Source of the DNA: Vicugna vicugna | Lineage: Eukaryota | DNA: 64,000 nucleotides | Assembly: GCA_013265495.1 (NCBI GenBank) | Contig: MU058714.1 | Coordinates: forward strand, 310,001-374,000 | Reading direction: 5' to 3' | Part shown: positions 1 to 11,399 of the stretch, one piece after another | Layout: each line of letters begins with the position of its first letter | Numbering within the stretch: the stretch's first letter is position 1 | Notes under the pieces: model-generated | The model's input: the letters and a program-made list of their open reading frames with translations, nothing else | The model's database searches: none | Told to the model about the DNA's origin: nothing | Made by a program: the position numbers and the translations under genes

Positions 1-1290
1 TGTAGGTCTGGTGTGATGTCGGGTCCTCAGAAGCGCCTTCGGGTGCACCCCAGCACCATGTGACTGTGGTCCCCGCTGCTCTCCGCTAAGGCACCTCACT
101 TCCCCCGGGCATGCTCCACGTTTGATGGCTGCCCACACCGGCTGGTCCACCAGCTGGAGCTCCTCTGGTTCTCGGCTGGCACACCACAGCCCCCACGCGC
201 CCTGCTTGTAGAAGTCCACGCGGGGACCGTCTCTGCTCTCAGACTGCAGTGTCCTGAGACTCACGAGGGGCGGGGCTATGCGTGGACCCCTGCTGCCGCC
301 CGACCCAGTGTGGCTCCACGGACTGAGGGAAGGCCCGAGAATCTGCACCCTGGCATCCCGGGTCCCAGAAACACTGCCTCACCCCAGAGGAGGCTGCTGA
401 TGGCCTCTGTGACGCTGGGGGCGATGAGTTCCTCCCGCCAGCCAAGCACAAGTCCTGGGCAGAACCTCCTTCAGCAGGTCTACAGCTGAAGAAGATTTAA
501 GCGGGACATTCCCACCGTTTGACACCTGCCCTCAGATTTCTCACGGGCACCTCCAATGAATGGTGTCCAAAATAGAACGCTCTGCCCTCGACCTGCCCTC
601 TGACCTCTGACCGCCCAGTGGGATATACACAAGGCACTGCACCCAGCCGTCCGGGCGGGAACCCAAAGCATCTCCCATGGCTACCCCCTTTCTCTCTCTC
701 CAACATGCGATCTGGAAGCAAATCCCTCCAACAAACCTCCAAACTCCCTCCGCACCTGTCACTCCATCAGCCACCACCCTGATTCAGACACCAACAGTCC
801 CCTCTCTGCGGAACACACAACCTCCCTTCCTTCCTCAGGGCCACTCGTCCTGCAAATGGAGAGGCGTGTGTGTGCGTGCATGTGTTCGTAATGTTAGATC
901 AGTTTATGTCCCTCCCTTGCGTAAATCCATCCCAGGACTTCCTCTTGCGCTGCAAAAGAATGCCAGATTCCGCAGCACAACCCCAGACCCCAGGACTTGG
1001 CCCTGCTGGCCTCCTGTCTGCCCCTGACCCACCCCCCTGGCTGGTGACCCCAGAATTACTCCGTCAGTCATCCTCGCACCGGGCCCTGGCCCAGCGCCGC
1101 CACCCCCCGCCAGACAGATGCTGTGTCTCATCTCCCTGCTTAATTTCCTTCTGCTGACTCTATTTTGCTGTTTTACTTGCTTATTTATTTTATGTTGTGT
1201 GTCCCCAGCCATAATAACGGAAGCCAGGAACACCGTCTGCCTTGTCCACTGCTGCGTCTCCAGAACTCGGAACGGTGCCTGGCCGCCACA
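1..1290 (+). mobile_element. Degraded L2 LINE (ORF2 3' part and 3' end)
   Basis: Plus-strand translation near 100-175 (CSTFDGCPHRLVHQLELL) resembles L2 ORF2 'CNSLLxGLP..L..LQ'. 1240-1285 (cttgtccactgctgcgtctccagaactcggaacggtgcctggc) resembles the L2 3' end. Boundaries approximate. Confidence 0.5.
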
Positions 1291-1919
1291 ACGTGCTTCA
1301 TAGGTGGGGGGTGGGGGGCACAGAGACAGAGACACAGAGGGCAAGTGAGTGAGTGAGGCAGAACACTGCACACTGACTCAGGATCCCTCTCCCGCACCCC
1401 GCTCTCCTCATGAGCAGAAGGTAAGAAGGGAGGTCCCCATTCTGAGCACTTTGTTGACAAAATCCAACAGTGAGGTCGCCCACACCTGTGCATCCCTCTG
1501 AGGCTCCCTGGGGCTTGAGGAGGGGGCCTAGTAGGGGCTAATCTGGCCATGAGGTTGGAGTTCTGCCCACCCCATCCCAGGATCCCTTCTACACAGGCAG
1601 GGAGGGGAAAAGGCATGCCCCAAGTTTGGGGCTCCCCATGGGCAAGGCCAGCATCATGGACCCTGGACCCTGAGCAGCCCACCCCCCAGTCCTGGCCCAC
1701 ATACACCAAAGACCTCCCCAAATTATGGCCGGGAGGAGAGGCCCCCATCAGGGTGCTCTGGGGGCAGAGTGAACAGGGCACAGGGACTGAGAGTTGCTAC
1801 GAGAGCTGGGGTGGGGACACAGGCTTTCCTGATGGAGGCGTCTGTCCTGCTCTCCTGGTCCCCGTCCTCCCTATAAAGATACTTGTGCACGCAGAGGGCG
1901 GGGAATGGAGCCCAGAGGG

Positions 1920-2125
1920 CTCCGCTGGCAATAAAAGCAGGTGCCTTGAGGGCCAGGCTTGGGGTGGCACGGACCCAGAGGCGGGAGTCCCTCTGAAGCG
2001 CAGGTGCGTGCACAGTCTTGGTTCACAGACGCGGAGGATACGACCTGCCTGGTGACCCTAGGACTTTGCTCTGCTCCTCGGCAGGAATCTGCCTGGAACT
2101 CGTGTCTCTGGAGAACCCATCCATC
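1920..2125 (+). promoter_or_regulatory. ENPP7: ENPP7 proximal promoter with CDX-type and HNF4-type motifs
   Basis: GCAATAAAA at 1928-1936. AGAGCAAAGTCCT on the minus strand at 2060-2072. Both lie just upstream of the ATG at 2126. Confidence 0.5.
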
Positions 2126-2378
2126 ATGAGACGCCCGGCTGTCCTCCTCGCCATGGCTCTGGCCGCCCTCCTGGCTCCAGCAGTGGCGGCGCCCGTCCGC
2201 CAGCTGAGCTCCCGGAACAAGCTGCTCCTGGTGTCCTTCGATGGTTTCCGCTGGAACTACGACCAGGACGTGGACACCCCCAACCTGGATGCCATGGCGC
2301 TCGAAGGGGTGAAGGCTCGCTACATGACCCCGGCCTTCATCACCTTGACCAGCCCCTGCCACTTCACCCTGGTCACTG
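2126..2378 (+). CDS. ENPP7: ENPP7 (alkaline sphingomyelinase, NPP7) coding exon 1
   Basis: MRRPAVLLAMALAALLAPAVA signal peptide, then LLLVSFDGFRWNY...TLTSPCHFTLVTG with catalytic Thr75 at 2348-2350. Donor GTGAGT at 2379. 253 nt. Confidence 0.97.
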
Positions 2379-2777
2379 GTGAGTGTCGGCCTCAGTGGGG
2401 CCTGGGGGTGGGGGTGCTGAGAAACCAGGGAACCAACAGAGGGAGCCCCAGCTTATGCACAGGGCCTGTCCTATGGTGTGTGGTGCAGGGACAAAGGTGA
2501 GACCAAGGAGGGGACACTCTCACTGGGCAGACACCGCTCAGCCAAGGGGGGTCATCAGCAACCATCACTGTTGGTGGCAGCTAATAGAAGGTAGATAAAA
2601 ACACCTGGTGTCTCAGTTTAAATGGTGACTACAACCAGGGTGGCAACCCAGGAGGGCTTCTGGAGGAGGTGAGTGTGACTAGGATTCAGAAAGACAGGAG
2701 AGATGAGCCTGAGGCTCCTGCTCTTCCCACTGCTCACTCCCCAACCACTCCCCAACCCATTATCACTCTGTTTATGC

Positions 2778-3097
2778 TGGAAACCTAAAATCCAGGTGTC
2801 ACAGGGCCAACCTCCCTCCGGAAGCTGAAAGGGAGGATCCTTCCGGCCTCTCCAGCTGTCGGTGGCCCAGGCATTCCTTGGCTGGTGGCTGCAGCTCTCC
2901 AGTCCCTGACCCTCGTCACACGGCCGTCTTCCCCGTGTATATCCCTCCTCTTCTTGTAAAGATACCTGTCCTTGTGTTTAAGGCCTACCCCGATCCAGAA
3001 AGCCCCATCTTAACCGAGCTCGTTACATCTTATCTCCAAACAAGATCACATTCTGAGGCTCTGGGTGGACACGACTTTGGGGTACGCTATTCGGTAC
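2778..3097 (-). mobile_element. MLT1-type (ERVL-MaLR) LTR
   Basis: gggaggatccttcc, aaggcctaccc..atccag, aagatcacattctgagg are typical of antisense MLT1. Confidence 0.7.
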
Positions 3098-3660
3098 AGA
3101 TGGCTCATCCTCACACCAGCATTTCTGTGACCACGGCCCCTTCCACACACAGACGGAGCACCTGGTCCTCCCTTCTGCACGTCCCCTCCTTACAGAATAT
3201 GACCCGATGGGGATGTGGAGGAGGGGGCAGACCACTCCTCACCCCCTGCTTTTGTGCCTTCTGAACTCATGTGAGGGCATTTCCATGCGGAAAAAAAAAA
3301 AAGAGAATAGTATAAGATGCCTCACAGAGCTCCTCTTTGTTCATTTATCTTCCTGCCTGGGACCCTACTTCACGGCCAGACCCTAACTCATTCAATTAGT
3401 TCCCTCCTGACAGCCAGCCAGGTTGCTCCCAACGTTTTGCTGAAACCATCGAGGCTGCAAACGATATCCTGGCACATGTGTACTTGCACATTTGTGCGCG
3501 TTTAGCTGCGAGATAAGCTGCTCAGAGTGGAAGCAGAATCTCTGGGTCAGAGAACGCGGCTGTGTCGGAGCCCAGCCCAGGCTCCCCAGGCCGCGTGGGC
3601 CTCCTGCCACCCTGGCTGTTTCCTGCCCTCCCACCGCCCCTCTGCTCTTCCGCCCCACAG

Positions 3661-3806
3661 GCAAGTACGTCGAGAACCACGGGGTGGTGCACAACATGTT
3701 CTACAACACGAGCAGCAAGCTGAAGCTGCCCTACCACACCACGCTGGGCGTCCAGGGGTGGTGGGACAATGGCAGTGTACCCATCTGGGTCACGGCCCAG
3801 AGGCAG
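3661..3806 (+). CDS. ENPP7: ENPP7 coding exon 2
   Basis: Acceptor ccccacag, encodes KYVENHGVVHNMFYN...PIWVTAQRQ, donor GTAACG. 146 nt, phase-compatible. Confidence 0.97.
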
Positions 3807-4967
3807 GTAACGCCTTGCCCACACCCGCTCGGGCCGTCGGGGGAGGCGGGCGGGGGGCCCGGACAACGAGGCCGAGATCCACGCAGGCCCAGTCCCCGCC
3901 CTGGGAGTCCCTGCTCCCGACACGGGGGTGGGGGTGGTATGAGTGGGGTCCCTCGGAAGGTCGGAGCCAGTTGCCCAGGAAAACCCAGAGCCTGCCAGTC
4001 CTCCCTGGAGCCCTGAGACCAAGGGGTTGCTCCACTCCCAGCCCGAGGGAAAACTGGGCCGCCCCACACTGGTGGGAAAGGGGGCCACAGGGAAGTTGAC
4101 CTAACTCCTCAGGAAGGCAGGGAACGATGAAGTGGCTTCACCCCGCCCCCTCCCGTGTGCCTCTCAGGGCACGGCAGCTAAATTCCAAAGGGTGGAGGGC
4201 AGGGTAAGAGGTGGGTCATCCACATGACAAGCCCGAGACCCCAGCGTCTTGCAGTGCTCTGGGGCTTCCTGGCAACAAACTCAGAGATTTTCAAGGGGAG
4301 CCCGGATTGAGCTTTGAAAGCTACACCCGCCTCATAGGCAGGGCATCCACTCAGGTTGAGTCCCCTCGCTCCAGAAGGAGCTACCAGACACCAGGCTCAC
4401 TGGCAGAAGCCGTAGCCGAGAACTTGGCATCTCAAGGTAGAATGGCCTAAGGGACCGGACAGGCAGACGGGGCATGTGTGGACAGATGGATCTGTAACTA
4501 AAACAGCACTGGATTTATGGAAAGACAGACGGATGGCCAGGCTGAAGGCTGAAAGGGCAGGCCACGGGGTGTGGGCGGGGGGACTGATGGACACACAGCT
4601 GGACAAGGACACGGCAGGGAGAAGCCGGGCTGCAGGCCAGAAGGGGAGGGCTCACGGGCAGCTCAGCCTCAGGGCAGATACCTAAGGCCACAGTGACGAT
4701 GAGGACACAGCATATCTGGGGATACTTTTATATCCACTATCTCATTAGTGCTGAGTCCACTGGGCACCTGCTCGCTCCTCTATAAAATCAGTATCAGCCC
4801 AATAACAGAAGATAAGAGCTAGGAAGGGCCTTTCAGAAAATACAAAGGCCTGTGGTCCTAGCTGGAGCAGGGCTGGGTGAGGAGGCAGGCGGAGGGCAGG
4901 CAGGGGGCAGATGGGTCAGGGCGCAGGCAGGAGGCGGCCGAGGCGCTGACGCCGCCCTCCCCGGCAG

Positions 4968-5594
4968 GGCCTAAAGACCGGCTCATTCTTCTACCCCGGC
5001 GGGAATGTCACCTACCAAGGCGAGGCCGTGACGCTGAGCCGGAAGGAAGGCTTCCTGCACAACTACAAGGATGAGGCGGAGTGGAGGGCCAACATTGACA
5101 CGGTGATGGAGTGGTTCACGCAGGAGGGCCTGGACCTCGTCACGCTCTACTTTGGGGAGCCAGACTCCACGGGCCACAGGTACGGCCCGGAGTCCCAGGA
5201 GAGGAAGGAGATGGTGATGCAGGTGGACAGGACGGTGGGCTACCTCCGGGACCGCATCAGGCTCAGTGGCCTGGAGAGCAGCCTCAACCTGATCATCACG
5301 TCCGACCACGGCATGAGCACGGTCAACAAGAACGCCAGCGACCTCGTGGAGCTCCACAAGGTCTCCAACTTCTCCTTCAAGGACATCGAGTTCGAGCTCC
5401 TAGACTACGGACCCAACGGCATGCTGCTCCCCAAGGAAGGGATGCTGGAGAAGGTGTACGAGGTCCTCAAGGATGCCCACCCCCGGCTCCACGTCTACAA
5501 GAAGGAGAACTTCCCCAAGTCCTTCCACTATGCCAATCACCCCAGGGTCACCCCCCTGCTCATGTACAGCGACCTTGGCTACGTCATCCACGGG
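4968..5594 (+). CDS. ENPP7: ENPP7 coding exon 3
   Basis: GLKTGSFFYPGG...EPDSTGHRYGP...ITSDHGM...LGYVIHG (NPP metal-binding motifs). Donor GTGAGT. 627 nt. Confidence 0.97.
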
Positions 5595-6251
5595 GTGAGT
5601 TCCTGCCGGTGCCGGGCACTACCCGGGGCTGCTGCCGGTGCAGGCGCTTCCTGGAGCTGCAGGGTCTCTTCATTTCTGTAAAAAGCACACCCCCTGTTTC
5701 TAGCCAGACCCCAATGTGAGGAGTGTCAGCCACCAAAGGGACACCCCCACAATCTGCAATAGGCGTGGGTGTGCGTGTGGACATGCACTGTGTACCTGTA
5801 TGTGTGTGCATGCGTGCCTGTATCTGTGTGTGGATGTGCACACGTGTGTATGTGTGTGTGTAAAAGGGAAAGCGTGGGAAGGTGAGCTAACAGTGAGAAC
5901 AGAGAGCCCAGGGGGGCTGAGTAGGAAGCGAGACAGAGCAGGGAAGGGACGAACAGCCGCGCTGCGCAGCCAGCAGCAGGAAGGGGCCCGGTGCGCACCC
6001 CTGGGCTGAAGCTCCACCCTGTTTACTTGGGGTCTCCATTCGTGTCACCGGGTCTTTACCGAGGCTCCCTCTTTGGGCCACTGACCTTCGGGGGCTGAGA
6101 ATTCAGAGGAACGGAGGCTCGGAACCCTTCCTGCCTCCCTTTGACCCCCTCCAGGGGTCCTCTGCTGAGGCGTGCACTGCAGGGGGTGCTGGCAGAGAGG
6201 GCGGGGCGGGCTGGGAGGGACAGCCAGGACTCGGGACCCCCCTACCCGCAG

Positions 6252-6519
6252 AGAGTGAACGTGCAGTTCAACAATGGGGAGCATGGCTTCGACAACAAGC
6301 TCATGGACATGAAGACCATCTTCCGGGCCACGGGCCCCAGCTTCAAGAGGGGCCTGGAGGTGGAGCCCTTCGACAGCGTCCACGTGTACGAGCTCATGTG
6401 CCGGCTGCTGGGCATCGTGCCAGAGGCCAACGATGGGCTCCTCAGCACCCTGCTGCCCACGCTCCGGGAGGAGGCCGGCGACGCGGCCCCCAGCACCTCG
6501 TGGACCACGCCCCCCTCAG
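6252..6519 (+). CDS. ENPP7: ENPP7 coding exon 4 (3' boundary inferred)
   Basis: Acceptor ccgcag, encodes RVNVQFNNGEHGFDN...LLPTLREEAGDAAPSTSWTTPPS. First phase-1 GT donor after the conserved part is CAG|GTGCAC at 6520. Confidence 0.85.
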
Positions 6520-7196
6520 GTGCACCCCTGCCCTCCCCCTGCACCCACGCGCCCCAGGCGGCTGCAGGCGGTGTGTGTCTGCACAGCCGCGACCAGGGTG
6601 CCCCGCCAGCTGCTTGAGGTCGCCTTCTCTTTCCCTGTCCCTGGCTCCTGGGAACATCTCAAGCACCTGACATTCCCACAGCACCTGACGCCATACAGAG
6701 CACTTTGTGCATCTTGGCGGCCTGGGCAGGAGAGCAGGCATATGTGAGCACCTTGTTTAAAGTGGGGAGACTGAGGGCCAGAGGGGCTGGCGGTTTGCCC
6801 GTGGGACAAGCCTTCCAGGGGAAGTCCACCTCCAGGCTCCATGGCCACGTGAGGCCTCCTTCCTGGAATCTTCCTCTGTCCGCCTCCTCCACACACACCC
6901 TCACCCCTATCCTGGCCCATCTCAGGGGCAAAGGTCATCTGGGAGCTGGCAAGGTGGCAGCCCCGTGGGCGCCTGGCTAGAGGTGGGCAGCCCCACTGAT
7001 CAGGGACTGTGAGGGGTCACACTGAACACAAGCCAGGAGGCCAGTGCAGCTGGGACAGGCGATCAAAGTGGGGATGGTGAGAGATGAAACCAGGGGCTGG
7101 TGGGGGTGGCCCAGGGCACCTCACTCACCTTTAAGGAGTCAGGAAGGGGACACGCTCCAATTTCCCTCATTCACTGGGTCCTCCGACTTTCCTTAG

Positions 7197-7279
7197 GCTC
7201 CGCCCTCCTGCCAAGTGGCCGGCCCCACTTGGTGACAGGACTACTGGTGGCTGCAATTCTTCTGGCCAAGGTTGCATAA
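7197..7279 (+). CDS. ENPP7: ENPP7 coding exon 5 (hydrophobic C-terminal anchor)
   Basis: Acceptor ctttccttag, encodes GSALLPSGRPHLVTGLLVAAILLAKVA then TAA. Total CDS 1377 nt = 458 aa. Probable donor AAG|GTCAGA at 7295 leads to a non-coding last exon. Confidence 0.92.
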
Positions 7280-8376
7280 CACCCACTGCTCAAGGTCAGA
7301 GGCCCAGGAGGCCGAGGGGAGGGTGGGGCCATGCTCCCTGCAGCTCCAGCCTGATGCCTCAGCCCTGTCATTCCTCGGGACCCCGGGCCCACCCTGCCAG
7401 CCTCTCTGCTGTGGACTCGAAGCAGTCTTTCCAAAGCAGACAACCCAGAGGAGACAGGAGCCCTCCCCTCTCCCCAGCCCTTCCCCTTCTGCCTGCAAGG
7501 TCTCTATGCTCCCCAGGGGACGAGGGAGGACTGGGAGCCACAGTGGGTCAGTCTAGGGGGAGCACTCCAGGGTGGGGTTCCTAGAACACCCTCTCACTGC
7601 ATGGCAGCCCCATGTCTGCCCTGTGGTGTCACAGCCCTGCAGCCAAGACAGAAGCTAGTCACGCGCTGATTCTAAAGCGACACGGTGGGAGCTGCTCGGC
7701 GCCAGGCTCTGGTCTGGGCCCTGGGGATACACAGTGAACCAGACTGCCCGGGCCCTGCACGCAGATAATACGCAGAGAACAAATCCATGCCTGAGATAGA
7801 GGAGGCCGCGGTAACGGAGTGGGGGCTGCGGTTCAGGTCGCCTGGGGGAAGGAGGAGGGGGGAGTCGGGGGCGGCCTGAATGATGAGGACCAGCCGGCCA
7901 CGCCAAGCCCTGGGGTCAACATTACAGGCAGGGAAGAGCAAGCGAGAGGCCCCGAGGTGGGACTGGCTCCTGTGTTTCTGGGAGGGAAAGGAGGCCGGGG
8001 TGCTCAGAGGCTGGTATACAAGGATGAGTTCGCGATGAGCTGCCAAGGGAATGGGTGGGGGGGGTCACCTTACGGCAGCAGGGAGCCCCCAGCCGAGGTC
8101 ACGCAGGGGCGTGCCGTGGTCTGCCACGGATGAGCAAATGCAGTGCTAACCGCCCTGTGCCCTCCTGGGTCCAGCAGAGGGTCAGGAATTCCCACAGGGG
8201 CCCCCTCGGTCTCTGCCTGACGTGGGGGCCCCTGTGCGCCTCCCACCCCCTCCCCTGCCCTGCCCACTTCCCTTCACTCCCTCCCTCTTGCCACCTCCAC
8301 TTCATCTCCTCCACCAGACCCGCCCTCCCCGCTCCCCTTCCTTTCTTCCCGACCCAACACAGACCTGTTCTTCCAG

Positions 8377-8725
8377 GCCCACCTCCTCCAAGAAGCCTCC
8401 AGAAGCTGCCACAGGGCCCGCTCAGTCCCTGCTGTGATGGTCTTTTGGACACAGACGGGCCTGTCTCCTCAACTGACGGGGGACAATGCCTGCATGCCTC
8501 CACGTCCCCGCAGCTCCAGCCCACCTTGGCCATTCTGGTGCTGGCCATATAACCCCTCGGGACGCGCAGGCCCACTCACCCGTCCACGGCCCCCAGACCC
8601 ACAGGGCGCACCCTCCTTCCTCCCACCAGAGAACCCGCCCCACGGACGGCGCCCCTGTCTTTGGCCACTGGAGGGCACCCTGGAGCTCGCGGGCAGGTGA
8701 CAATAAATTCAGCTGTAAGACGGGA
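8377..8725 (+). other. ENPP7: ENPP7 non-coding terminal exon (3' UTR) with poly(A) signal
   Basis: Long pyrimidine tract at 8240-8376 ending ttccag. AATAAA at 8702-8707. Exact 5' boundary uncertain. Confidence 0.7.
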
Positions 8726-9459
8726 GACACACTCTTTGAAGGACGGGCTTGTCAGGATCTGCCTGTTCCTCGGATATGAACCCACCCCTCCCCTCCCCAG
8801 GCCTCTGGCTTCTACTACAACTTGAGCTCCATATCCCACTCTAGTAACCATCCAAGCGGCCCTCCGCAGCTGCCAGGAAGACCCCGTGGCTGCCAGGCCC
8901 CGCACCCAACAGTTCTCCTGGAAGGACGAGTGCATCCGCACCGCCTGCGGCCCTCATCCCGCCCTCACCAGCTTCCGAGTCTGGATAGTCCCAAATCAGG
9001 CTTGAGGGGACAGGTGGGGTCTCCCTGCGCATCCACGTCCGCGAGCACTCACAAGTGCCAGCACAGCCACCATGACCCCCGGGTCTCCAAAAGACCCCAG
9101 CCCTCCGCTGAGAACGCACAAAGACCATGGTCAGCCTAGCCGACTCTCCAGGGCCCGGCCGACAGCTACTCTGAGAATCGCTCTTGATGGGCTTTTTCAA
9201 AACGAAAAGACAAAGAGAGCGAGAAAAGAGAGGAAAATAACCTGGTGTGTCCCACATTAAGTATTCTGCTGCCCCCAAAACAGTCCCAGCGGTTGACCAA
9301 CTCACAGAACAAGCTCCGTGGGCCAGGAACGCGGTAGCCAAGATGGGCCGTGAGCTGTGGGCCTGTCTCCCAGCTGTGCAGCCGGGAGAGGGGCACCACC
9401 CTGAGCGGCATGGCCAGGTTCAAAGCAGCTCCCAGCACTCACTCACCAACACTCTGCAG

Positions 9460-9600
9460 CCCTGGGCAAGTGCTCACCTTTGGGCCTCAGTGTCCTGACC
9501 TGTAAAATCAGGACCAATAGCAGTACCCGCCTGAGGGGCTGGTCCGATGATTAAATGAATTACTATTTGCAAACTACCAGGGCCTGGCCCACAGAAGGGC
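9460..9600 (+). mobile_element. MIR SINE fragment
   Basis: ctgggcaagt..ctgggcctcagtgtcctgacctgtaaaat...gattaaatga is the MIR core. Confidence 0.7.
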
Positions 9601-10984
9601 CCTGTGTTGTGTTTTAGAGTTATGAAAAGACAAGGTATCATGTGGCAAAAAAGTCACGTCTCCCTTTCATCTCCAAACCTTCTTGTTTCTCTAGCAGAAA
9701 GTTTCTGGTTAGTGATACTAAATCTTAAACACCTCCCTCGGTGGCACGGAGAGAGGACCCAGGCCCAGAGCTCTGGTGGGCAACAGCATCAGGGCGTAAC
9801 ATGACAGCACTGTTTTATTCGCTTTCTATTCTTTTCTATGATCACCCACAGTTTGGATGAGTGCTACTGATTTTCCATTTGTGTGTGTTATTTAAATTTT
9901 TTTTCCTTTTAAAAGTAACTTAAGTACAAAAGAATGAGTTAATTTAAAGAAAAATGTTGACCAAATAACAGTACAGGTGGCTGGTGGACGTGACAAAGTG
10001 TTTAAATAATAAAGGAGGTTATCCAGAGGCAGACCTGCTAGAGGTTGTCCACACTCCTCCTGCCGCCTCCTCCCTTCCCACTGTGTGGCCAGCCCAGGAT
10101 GCTTCTGGAAGGCAGCATTCAGGCCTCCACATGACTGATGCCCAAAGATTCCCCCGGCCCCTTCACAGAAATACACTGCATTTCATACATGCCCTGCACC
10201 CTTCTCAGCTACCAACCAGGGGACTCCAGGACACCACTGAAAACTAACATTGTAATTTGCTGTACAAAGTTCCTTTCAGCATCAGCCGAGCTGAAACAGA
10301 GTCTGGAGGAAACCTAGCTGAACAAAGCCGTGCACAGCATTCTGGAGTCAAGTAGAGATGACTAGGGACTCACTTATACATGGTCCACACACAGCTGCCT
10401 GTCAGCTCAGAGCCTTTGTTGAATGTGGCCAGTCTAGGTGCTGGCAGCAATGGATGGACCCTCTGAGTAGTTCGTGGCTGGCTGGGTGTGTGACTGGGCT
10501 GGAGAAAGCCCCCTTTGTCAGGAGGCCTGGTGCTTTAGAGCCCGCCCTGCATGCTGTCACCAGGAGGCGGCGCTCTTGGGCTCCTCAACGTCCCCTGAAT
10601 CCTTTCTCAAGCAGCTTCCGAAGTAGAAAGGAATTCAGAATCTCCTATTTCTCCAACTTCTCCTCCTCCTCTGAAACAGCCGCACTCCTCCTTGGACCAG
10701 CGTTGGGGAAGCGGTCATGAAGTGTTTCTGTTTCCTTGTTCCTAGTTTTAAATGGAGCCCCGAGCAAAATACCGGAAGTTGAGAGAAAAGAACTACAACT
10801 TCCCATACTAGGTTTGCTCTAGGATCCTATGAGGGGAGGGATCTTGTAGCCCATGCTGAGCACAAGGACCACCCGGACCACCCTGGATCAGTGGTTGTTG
10901 AGTCTGAGTATGCCTTGGGATGGATTTGTAAGATCAGACGCTGTGCGTGTGAGTGTGAGCACACACACATTTGTAAGTCTTCAA

Positions 10985-11080
10985 GTATGGAAGTGGGCCT
11001 GAGAATTTGCATTTCTCCCTAGTTCCCAGGTGATTCTGATGCTGCTGGCCCTGGCACCGCACCTGAGAATCTCTGCACCT
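10985..11080. mobile_element. MER5A-like hAT DNA transposon fragment
   Basis: gggcctgagaatttgcatttct...ttcccaggtgattctgatgctgctgg. Confidence 0.65.
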
Positions 11081-11091
11081 GGGAAAGGTTA

Positions 11092-11120
11092 TGAATGAAT
11101 GAATGAATGAATGAATGAAT
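11092..11120 (+). repeat. (GAAT)n microsatellite
   Basis: About 7 tandem GAAT units. Confidence 0.9.
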
Positions 11121-11399
11121 GAGAGAAAGAAAGAAAATTGGTCTATCCTCGTGTTAAAGAGGATAAGAACTGAGGCGGTGTCCCCCACTAGCTGGCTCTG
11201 GACAGAGGTGGGAGGGGAGCACGGACATGTCCAAGTTCAGCCCCGGTGGGCCTGGCCAGCCTTTTCCCGCAGAGGAGTTACTTGTTAAGGCAAAGAGTCA
11301 GTGCTTTCCAGAACCCAGGGAGCTGCTCCCCTCTCCGCTGAAAAGTAGGAGCCTGTCTCAAAGGCGGGGGCTCCCTTCAGCCCATTCGCAGTCTTTTCA

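Noticed and set aside
1..270. Open minus-strand frame (LVSLRTLQSESRDGPRVDFYKQGAWG...) running off the window start
   Set aside because: The plus strand resembles L2 ORF2, so the open frame is better explained as antisense to a GC-rich LINE remnant.
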